DNA of 63,369 bases, filler included, from Octopus bimaculoides (Eukaryota), in NCBI RefSeq assembly GCF_001194135.2. It is 4 parts of 4 records of this genome, joined end to end, with 100 filler letters (N's around TTAATTAATTAA, not from the genome) between each part and the next. Parts side by side here need not be neighbours in the genome. Positions count along the whole stretch, not along the records: positions 30,480 to 54,324 come from NC_069003.1; positions 54,425 to 58,431 come from NC_068981.1; positions 58,532 to 63,369 come from NC_069010.1; 1 more part is not named here. The stretch is one strand, 5' to 3'. This document shows, one piece after another, positions 54,323-63,369 of this stretch. The notes beneath the pieces were generated by a model. It was not told the DNA's origin and made no database searches. It was given only the letters and a program-made list of their open reading frames with translations. Each line of letters opens with the position of its first letter. Position 1 is the first letter of the stretch. Position numbers and translations under genes: made by a program.

Positions 54323-54438
54323 TANNNNNNNNNNNNNNNNNNNNNNNNNNNNNNNNNNNNNNNNNNNNTTAATTAATTAANNNNNNNNNNNNNNNNNNNN
54401 NNNNNNNNNNNNNNNNNNNNNNNNATATGTATATAAAT

Positions 54439-54655
54439 ATAAGGGGGTATGGAAAAGTTCCTGGCTTTAAGGGTATCACGAAATGCCTCACTGGAGGCCA
54501 TACCTTCCAAGTTTTTTTACAGGGCTTAGAAAAACTGAAGGACTGCTGCAATGAGTATGAATCTGGGAAGGGAATATGTTGACTAAAATCATAATTAACT
54601 GATTCTTCTGTATTTTCTTTTACCCAAAGCCAGGAACTTTCAGCAACCCCTTGTA
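54439..54655 (-). mobile_element. Tc1/mariner-like MITE (copy 3, internally deleted)
   Basis: Reverse complement of the ends of 13993-14203; TA at the termini. Confidence 0.7.
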
Positions 54656-54879
54656 TATAAAGAACTATACTGGCACCTCTAACTGTCTCTTTTAACAGCA
54701 TTAACTATCACCAACATCACTACTAATAAAAAACAAAAGTAACAATAAAATGCTTTTGAAACCACGCGGTTTCAGGTTCAGTCCCACTGCATGGTACCTT
54801 GGGAAAGTGTCTTCTCGTATAGCCCTAGGTTGACTAATTCCTTGTTAGTTGATTCAGTAGACTCATCTGGTGCAATAAA

Positions 54880-55110
54880 CTGTTGGGATGCCACACTAGA
54901 TGTTTTGCAATCAGCCACTGCCACTGGTCTCTGTTCGCTGTCATGTGTAGCAGGAGTGTGGTGCTGTGACTTGTCCAGTCCTTAATGGTGTCTGACCAGG
55001 ATTTTCTTTGCATGGCTCTCTTTTGCCCTCCCTCAACTGTGCCCTAAAGAAAGGTTTTGGACAGGGAGTTGTGGTGATACATGAGACCGTGCCAGGTAAG
55101 TTCATTTTTC
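54880..55110 (-). mobile_element. RTE-type LINE ORF C-terminal fragment
   Basis: LTWHGLMYHHNSLSKTFL*GTVEGGQKRAMQRKSWSDTIKDWT...ANRDQWQWLI, resembling the KTILQGTVEG.RRRGR...W.D.IK.W..A.DR..W motif. Confidence 0.75.
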
Positions 55111-56112
55111 TACCTGCATATGGAGTGGTTCAGCCAGCATATTTATTGACTTGTGCCTCATAAAGTTATTCACTATGTGTGTGTGTGTTTAGGTGTGTAC
55201 AGCCATGTGTGTGTGTTCATCCTCCACCACTTGACAGCCAGTGTTGGTTTGTTTATATCCCTGTCACTTAGTGGTTCAGCAAAAGAGACTCATGAAATAA
55301 AGTATCAGACTTTGAAAAAAAATAATAGAAATAAATAAAATGAATAAGGCACAGGAGTGGCTGTGTGGTAAGTAGCTTGCTTACCAACCACATGGTTCTG
55401 GGTTCAGTCCCACTGCGTGGCACCTTGGGCAAGTTTCTTCTACTGTAGCCTCAGACCGACCAAAGCCTTGTGAGTGGATTTGGTAGACGGAAACTGAAAG
55501 AAGCCCGTCGTATAGAAATATATANNNNNNNNNNNNNNNNNNNNNNNNNNNNNNNNNNNNNNNNNNNNNNNNNNNNNNNNNNNNNNNNNNNNNNNNNNNN
55601 NNNNNNNNNNNNNNNNNNNNNNNNNNNNNNNNNNNNNNNNNNNNNNNNNNNNNNNNNNNNNNNNNNNNNNNNNNNNNNNNNNNNNNNNNNNNNNNNNNNN
55701 NNNNNNNNNNNNNNNNNNNNNNNNNNNNNNNNNNNNNNNNNNNNNNNNNNNNNNNNNNNNNNNNNNNNNNNNNNNNNNNNNNNNNNNNNNNNNNNNNNNN
55801 NNNNNNNNNNNNNNNNNNNNNNNNNNNNNNNNNNNNNNNNNNNNNNNNNNNNNNNNNNNNNNNNNNNNNNNNNNNNNNNNNNNNNNNNNNNNNNNNNNNN
55901 NNNNNNNNNNNNNNNNNNNNNNNNNNNNNNNNNNNNNNNNNNNNNNNNNAGAGTAAACATCACGGGTAATTTGCTTGACTAAACCTTCGGCAATGCTCCA
56001 GCATGGTCACAGTCAATTTTTGAAAAACAAGGGGGGAATTCACGGCGGTGTTCAGTGAACAAATTAAACACACTACCCAGCAATGACTAAAACGCGAACC
56101 GATCAAGTTTAT

Positions 56113-56365
56113 ACATTATTTACAATTGACGGATATTTGTCCTCATCTTGTTTGTTGTTAACACGTTTCGGCTGATATACCCTCCAGCCTTCATCAGGTG
56201 TCTTGGGGGGAAATTTCGAACCTGGGTTCTCATTCCTAAGGTATTTTTCGATGTTATTGTTATTATTTCGTTATTTAATGAAGGCTGGAGGATATATCAG
56301 CCGAAACGTTGTGTTAACAACAAACAAGATGAGAACAAATATCCGTCAATTGTAATATTAAACTG
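56113..56365. mobile_element. 253-bp inverted Penelope-LTR-like insertion with 12-bp TSD and hammerhead halves
   Basis: Arms about 56121-56194 and 56278-56354; gatcaagtttat at 56101-56112 and 56366-56377; minus strand gacac CTGATGA a ggctg...cagcc GAAA C at 56158-56202. Confidence 0.8.
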
Positions 56366-58357
56366 GATCAAGTTTATGTATAATTTTTCTTCTTATATGT
56401 TTGTTTCCTTTTACACAATATTAAAACAATGGCGAAAAATTTTCTGAAGCAGCACCCCCCACTAATTTTATCTACGAGCCGCCACTAGTAGAGGGGCAGA
56501 AACAGGTGTCTGGCTGTAGAAGAGAAATATGGTTACCCCAGTCAGAGAGAGAGAAAGAGAGATGGTGGTAATTTTCCATGACATACTCTCAAAGTACAAA
56601 GCTATGAATGTAAATGGAAGGTAAAGGTTTGCCCATGGTGCATGAATAAGGAGTTGGATTCTCTCGGTTTCCACCAACCAAGTCCATTCACAAGGCTTTG
56701 GTCGGTCCGAGGCTATAGTAGAAGACACTTGCTCAAGGTGCCACGCAGTGGGACTGAACCCGGAACCATGTTAATGGGAAGCAAGCTTCTTAACACACAG
56801 CCACGCTTTTTTTTTTCTTGTATTATTGATATTTAATCCCTGGTCAACTCAAAGTATTATTATTTTCTGCTTTTATTTGTATGCAATTCAGGGCCACTTA
56901 TCCTTCGTTTTTTCAGACGATAGGATGTGATTTGAAGGGGATTTGTCTGCTATTTCTGGCAAGCTCAGCGACCACATAGAGGTCTCCTTAGTTGGTTCCG
57001 TTATCGTTAGAGGAAGGAAAAATAGGGCCCTGTAATAATAATGATGATGTGGGCGGTAGCGGCGGCGGCGTTATGTGCCGAAGACTTCACTCCATCGAGG
57101 ACCCACTCTACCGAGGACCCACTCAATTGCTGTTATTCTGGATATCAGCTTACATAAAGATAAAGCAAAATTCACCACTCATCTTTCACCACTTCATGCT
57201 TTCTTCACCTCCTCCTTCTACCCGGTCTGAGGTATTGATATTTTTTTTAACGTCCCTCTCAAATTCCAGTTTATGTTCCTCCGTCCCTCAGATTTCTGAC
57301 CTTCCCCCCACCTCATCATTACTTGTTGACAGTCGAGGCACCAACACCCCTTTCTCTTTCGTGCTCCGCTCTTACAAGACGGACAACACTCCCCCCTCCT
57401 CACATTCACAAAAAAATACGTTCACACACAACACACGCACTCACTCTCACACATACACTAGCACGCGCTTATACACACACACACACACACACACACAGAG
57501 CAAAAGTTCCAACAACGACATAAACTTTGCTCTGTATGAACTTCTCTCATTTGTAATTTTGTAATTTTCATACATACATACATACACAATACTCCGTTTC
57601 CTCACATACACATATATATTTACACACACACACACACACATCTTCGTACTCTATATATACCAAATAAAAAAAAATTAGGATCTTTTCAATCTGTATCGTT
57701 CCAATTTTAGAATATGTACCGCCGTAGCTAGTACGAAGGATCTTTTCAATCTGACTGACTATGTTGTGTATATATCTCTCAGAGTATTGTTGTTTTTGTG
57801 GTTTTAGCCCTGGGTCAAACCTGACTAGGCAAACAAAGACGATCTTGTCATGATTATCCCGGCATTTTTAGGTAGTGTGTATCAAATACTCCATCATTAA
57901 GTGTTTGAGAGGCAATAGACTCTGATTTGAGGAAGGGGTAGCAGCTATTTCTAGCGTGTCGGGGGACGACGAGAAGCTCTCTCTCTCTCTCTCTACCTAA
58001 ATCTCTATCTCTTTCTTTCGTGCGTGCGTATGTGTGTGTAAGAGAGAGAGAGAGAGAGTATTGATCGTAACATGAAAGTCAACATACAGATTAGAATATA
58101 TACAGACGTATGCATGAATGTCAGTCAAAATAATTTCGGATTCACTACTCTGTGAATGTAAAAGGTACTACTCTGTACCAGCGTAATATTGAATATTGCC
58201 TGAAGGATTCTTATACACAGATAAAAATACACCAAAGTGTCAATGAAACAGACGATGTTTCGGTTCATCCACAACTAATATTTATTTCTGTATTGCCCAC
58301 AGGGAGCTAAACAGGTGTGAAAACACCCAGTTCGTTCGGTGTCGTCATCTGCTAGGA

Positions 58358-58404
58358 ATCTGAGACATCGATGTTTCGAGTTTTTTGACTCTTGTCAATG
58401 AGAT
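58358..58404 (-). ncRNA. Degenerate hammerhead-like motif
   Basis: Minus strand atctca TTGACAA gagt caaaaa actc GAAA cat cg atG TC tcagat. Stems II and III are intact; the core is CTGACGA with two transitions. Confidence 0.55.
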
Positions 58405-58531
58405 GTACCTAAGAATTTTATATAAAGCTACNNNNNNNNNNNNNNNNNNNNNNNNNNNNNNNNNNNNNNNNNNNNTTAATTAATTAANNNNNNNNNNNNN
58501 NNNNNNNNNNNNNNNNNNNNNNNNNNNNNNN

Positions 58532-58576
<45 letters not shown>

Positions 58577-59358
58577 ATATATGGGTGCTTAGGTATATAT
58601 TGTGTATATTTGTATGTGTGCATCTGTATTTGTGTGCATGCATGGGTAAGAGCAAACTGACATTTAAACATTAAATATATTTTCCTACTTGTGTGTTTAT
58701 GTATGTCTATACAGTGAAGGCACGTGGCTTAGTGGTTAGGGCATTCGGCTCATGATTGTAAGGTCGTGAGTTCAATTCCCGGCGACGTGTTGTGTCCTAG
58801 AGCAAGACACTTTATTTCATGTTGTTCCAGTCCACTCAGCTGGCTAAAATGAGTTGTACCTGTATTTCAAAGGGCCAGCCTTGACATATTCTGTGTCATA
58901 CTGAATCTCCCTGAGAACTACATTAAGGGTACGTGTGTCTGTGGAGTGCTCAGCCACTTGCACATTAATTTCATTAGTAAGCTGTTCCGTCGATGGGATC
59001 AACTGGAACCCTCGTCGTCGTAACCGACGGAGTGCCACGAATGTATATAAATGTAAATGTATATAAACTAACATGTACATGCACAAACATATACACGCAC
59101 ATATATATACACACACACACATAATCTGTGGAAATATATACTTTTTACTTGTTTCAGTCATTTGACTGTGGCCATGCTGGAGCACCGCCTGTAGTTGAGC
59201 AAATCGACCCCAGGACTTATTCTTTGTAAGCCTAGTACTTATTCTATCGGTCTCTTTCGCCAAACTGCTAAGTTACGGGGACGTAAATACACCAGCATCG
59301 GTTGTCAAGCGATGTTGGGGGGACAAACACAGACATGCAAACATATATACACACATAC

Positions 59359-59396
<38 letters not shown>

Positions 59397-60479
59397 NNNN
59401 NNNNNNNNNNNNNNNNNNNNNNNNNNNNNNNNNNNNNNNNNNNNNNNNNNNNNNNNNNNNNNNNNNNNNNNNNNNNNNNNNNNNNNNNNNNNNNNNNNNN
59501 NNNNNNNNNNNNNNNNNNNNNNNNNNNNNNNNNNNNNNNNNNNNNNNNNNNNNNNNNNNNNNNNNNNNNNNNNNNNNNNNNNNNNNNNNNNNNNNNNNNN
59601 NNNNNNNNNNNNNNNNNNNNNNNNNNNNNNNNNNNNNNNNNNNNNNNNNNNNNNNNNNNNNNNNNNNNNNNNNNNNNNNNNNNNNNNNNNNNNNNNNNNN
59701 NNNNNNNNNNNNNNNNNNNNNNNATGTCAGTTTATGTTCCACACACGAGTTCAATAATGATGAAATTATTATAATGAATTCTTGATTATTTTCAAAATCA
59801 ATTGAAACAAAGGTAATATATTTCAACAGATGCCTTCTAAGTCCTATGATTAAGCTTCCAGATCTATCCATCATCATCATCATCATCATCATCGTCGTTT
59901 AACGTCCGCTTTCCATGCTGGCATGGGTTGGACGATTTGACTGAGGACTGGTGAAACCGGATGGCTGCACCAGGCTCCAATCTGATCTGGCAGAGTTTCT
60001 ACAGCTGGATGCCCTTCCTAACGCCAACCACTCCGAGAGCGTAGTGGGTGCTTTTACGTGCCACCGGCACGAAAGCTAGTCAGGCGGTACTGGCAACGGC
60101 CACACTCAAAATGGTATATTTTATGTGCCACCTGCACAGGAGCCAGTCCAGCGGCACTGGCAATGATCTCGCTTGAATGCCACCGGCTCAAGTGCCAGGA
60201 AAGCAACGCTGGGCACAGGTGCCATCACGATAATCCTTTTGATACCAACCCATCAGAGATCAACTCTTATCCCATAATACAAATTCCCTGTTTTAAAACT
60301 GGCATTCTGTTGGTTACAATGACTCAGGTCCCAGTTGATCCCAATCAAAAGAACAGCCTGCTTGTCAAATTATCATGCAAGTGACTGAGCCCTCCACAGA
60401 CATGTATACCCTTAACATAGTTCTCAGGGAGATTTAGTGTGAGAGAGAATGTGACAGAAGCTTTGCCCAGCTTCTAACG

Positions 60480-60815
60480 CTGGAGATGTACTACGATGTC
60501 AGCTGTTCACTGCCAGTGAACTAAGGTAACACCCTTTATTTTTCGAGTACCTTCCAGAGTATTCAAGTGGTGCCAAGCAGTGCTGTTTTTTGCAAGTTCT
60601 CCACCTTTATTGCAGCCCCTATTCGTTCCATGTACTTCTCGAGATTTTTACACACTGTTCCCAGGGCTCCGACAATAATTGGTACTACTACCACCTTCTT
60701 CATCGACCACAACTGCTTTACCTCCCAAGCTAACCTGTCATATCCATCGACTTTTCTTTCTTCATTATCACATACCCTGTTGTCAGCTGGGAATGCTATA
60801 TCTATTATTCTTATC
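60480..60815 (-). mobile_element. R4/Dong-like non-LTR 3' end (restriction-like endonuclease domain)
   Basis: IIDIAFPADNRVCDNEERKVDGYDRLAWEVKQLWSMKKVVVVPIIVGALGTV...LQKTALLGTT*ILWKVLE. Confidence 0.8.
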
Positions 60816-60899
60816 ATCATTATTATTATCATCATCATCATCATCATTATTATTATTATTATTGTTATTTACTTTTAATTGACATGTTTGCTACAATCG

Positions 60900-61195
60900 C
60901 TGAGACACACCCCGTGTCCTAGGGTGAGTGAAGGATAAGAGGTGTTACAGTATGACAGAAAGCTAGAGGAAGGGAAATGGCAGACATTTAAATTGATAGG
61001 GTTTTTTCTAAGGATGCGGGCAGTACTTGTCAGCACAATCTTTTGGATTTCTCTGAGACATGGATCTCCTGAGATGTTGTCTAAATGTTTCTGACAACTC
61101 TTTTTAATCATATCTAGGGCACCTACAGTAACAGGAGAAGTTCTCACTTTAAAATGCCACATCTTTTGTATTTCAATTTCCAGGTCCTTATAAAG
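60900..61195 (-). mobile_element. Second, distinct RLE-type non-LTR 3' end, interrupted upstream by a family A SINE
   Basis: YKDLEIEIQKMWHFKVRTSPVTVGALDMIKK...IQKIVLTSTARILRK. Confidence 0.8.
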
Positions 61196-61532
61196 CAGCA
61201 AGCTGGCAGAAACGTTAGCATTCCGGGCAAAATGCTTCCCAGTATTTCTTCTGTCTTTACGTTCTGAGTTCAAATTCCACTGAGGTCGACTTTGCCTTTC
61301 ATCCTTTCGGGGTCGATAAATTAAGTACCAGTTGCATATTGGCGTTGATCTAATCCACTGGTCCCCTTCTCAAAAATTTCGGGCCTTGTGCCTAGAGTAG
61401 AAAAGAATTTCCAGCTCCTTATATTTACTTAATTTGTCAAATTTCTTTACAGATATTTCTATAAGTCGACAAGTATTTTCTTAATTAGAAATAATACATT
61501 TCTAAATCTCTCAGAGAGATTTATGCAGTATT

Positions 61533-61848
61533 GATACGTTGAAGTAGTTGTATGCTGTCAACTTAATGTGACAGTCCCCTGAAGGGAATAGTACTACTGT
61601 TGCTTAGACCTAGGAAGCTGCACCACTTCCTGTCAGCCTTGATACATTTCCTGTGTCCCTGTGTTTACAAGGGGGAGACAAGCACCTCCACCCAGCTAAA
61701 CCTGCATCCAGAGACATGTTTCTGAGTCTTTGCTCGTCATCACAAGGACACAGGAAATGTGTCAAGGCCGACAGGAAGCTTCCTAGGTCTAAACAACAGT
61801 AGTATTCCTTCATGGGACTGTCACATTAAGTTAACTACTTCAAGTATC
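61533..61848. mobile_element. Foldback element (about 315 bp): copy of the 29003 element plus an inverted partial duplicate; hammerhead truncated at the junction
   Basis: Left arm about 61533-61660 mirrors right arm about 61744-61848; minus strand gTGATGA cgag caaaga ctca GAAA C at GTC at 61707-61743. Confidence 0.85.
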
Positions 61849-61871
61849 TTCTTCTTCTTCTTCTTCTGCTT

Positions 61872-61902
<31 letters not shown>

Positions 61903-63369
61903 TTATTATTATTATTGCTGATGTCGTTAAAGGCAGCGAGCTGGCAGAATTGTTAGCATGCTGGATGAAATGCTTAGNNNNNNNNNNNNNNNNNNNNNNN
62001 NNNNNNNNNNNNNNNNNNNNNNNNNNNNNNNNNNNNNNNNNNNNNNNNNNNNNNNNNNNNNNNNNNNNNNNNNNNNNNNNNNNNNNNNNNNNNNNNNNNN
62101 NNNNNNNNNNNNNNNNNNNNNNNNNNNNNNNNNNNNNNNNNNNNNNNNNNNNNNNNNNNNNNNNNNNNNNNNNNNNNNNNNNNNNNNNNNNNNNNNNNNN
62201 NNNNNNNNNNNNNNNNNNNNNNNNNNNNNNNNNNNNNNNNNNNNNNNNNNNNNNNNNNNNNNNNNNNNNNNNNNNNNNNNNNNNNNNNNNNNNNNNNNNN
62301 NNNNNNNNNNNNNNNNNNNNNNNNNNNNNNNNNNNNNNNNNNNNNNNNNNNNNNNNNNNNNNNNNNNNNNNNNNNNNNNNNNNNNNNNNNNNNNNNNNNN
62401 NNNNNNNNNNNNNNNNNNNNNNNNNNNNNNNNNNNNNNNNNNNNNNNNNNNNNNNNNNNNNNNNNNNNNNNNNNNNNNNNNNNNNNNNNNNNNNNNNNNN
62501 NNNNNNNNNNNNNNNNNNNNNNNNNNNNNNNNNNNNNNNNNNNNNNNNNNNNNNNNNNNNNNNNNNNNNNNNNNNNNNNNNNNNNNNNNNNNNNNNNNNN
62601 NNNNNNNNNNNNNNNNNNNNNNNNNNNNNNNNNNNNNNNNNNNNNNNNNNNNNNNNNNNNNNNNNNNNNNNNNNNNNNNNNNNNNNNNNNNNNNNNNNNN
62701 NNNNNNNNNNNNNNNNNNNNNNNNNNNNNNNNNNNNNNNNNNNNNNNNNNNNNNNNNNNNNNNNNNNNNNNNNNNNNNNNNNNNNNNNNNNNNNNNNNNN
62801 NNNNNNNNNNNNNNNNNNNNNNNNNNNNNNNNNNNNNNNNNNNNNNNNNNNNNNNNNNNNNNNNNNNNNNNNNNNNNNNNNNNNNNNNNNNNNNNNNNNN
62901 NNNNNNNNNNNNNNNNNNNNNNNNNNNNNNTATATATATATATCTTTATATATATATATATATATATATATACATACATATATGTCCATACATACAGACA
63001 AATATGTGTACACAAATATACATATATATATATGCGCATATTCATGAGCATATAAGTGCACACACACATATATATACACACACATTCATTCATACACACA
63101 TTCATTCATACACACATACACATATACACATTCATTCATAAACACACACACATATACACCCTGTGAGACCTTTCTTATTGCCCTGGTCGCTCAGAAGTCG
63201 ATGAGAGACAACGTTCCTCGTGGGATTTGATCCCTCTGTCTTTCTCATTCTAGGTGACTGAATTGCCATTACAGTGTGTATGTATATGTGTATGTGTGTG
63301 TGTGTGTATTAAAGGATGGTGGTGATGATGGTGGTGGTGGTGGTGGTGGTGGTGGTGGTGGTGTTGGCC

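Noticed and set aside
56992-57564. 190-aa ORF
   Set aside because: Low-complexity S/P-rich with a microsatellite tail, starts at a GTG/TTG-type codon in a repeat, no recognisable domain.
8293-63105. Long ORFs of 150-416 aa in the track
   Set aside because: They consist of N gaps (X) and microsatellite translations (YI, HT, CV, poly-N/I/D/M); not genes.

Overview
Eukaryotic, AT-rich, gap-rich genomic scaffold. The SINE, microsatellite and repeat content look like an octopod cephalopod, probably Octopus (inference). The only host gene I can support is a phosphotriesterase-related protein (PTER) on the minus strand, with five internal coding exons in 2052-26174 whose splice phases are mutually consistent. 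The last exon probably lies left of the window and the N-terminal exon(s) were not found. The rest is repeats: tRNA-derived SINEs, MITEs (mariner-, hAT- and piggyBac-like), a Helitron remnant, a decayed Penelope-like element (RT plus GIY-YIG), RTE and R4/Dong-like LINE tails, and long inverted repeats. The most notable signal is a set of about nine hammerhead-ribozyme motifs from at least five sequence families of short Penelope-LTR-like or foldback elements. One, at 29167-29209 on the minus strand, is a fully canonical minimal type I hammerhead. The PTER introns also hold several long, near-perfect hairpins that could be ADAR substrates. Three synthetic TTAATTAATTAA linkers show the window is four joined pieces, so adjacency across 30424, 54369 and 58476 is not guaranteed. 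Ribozyme folds and repeat boundaries were read by eye.
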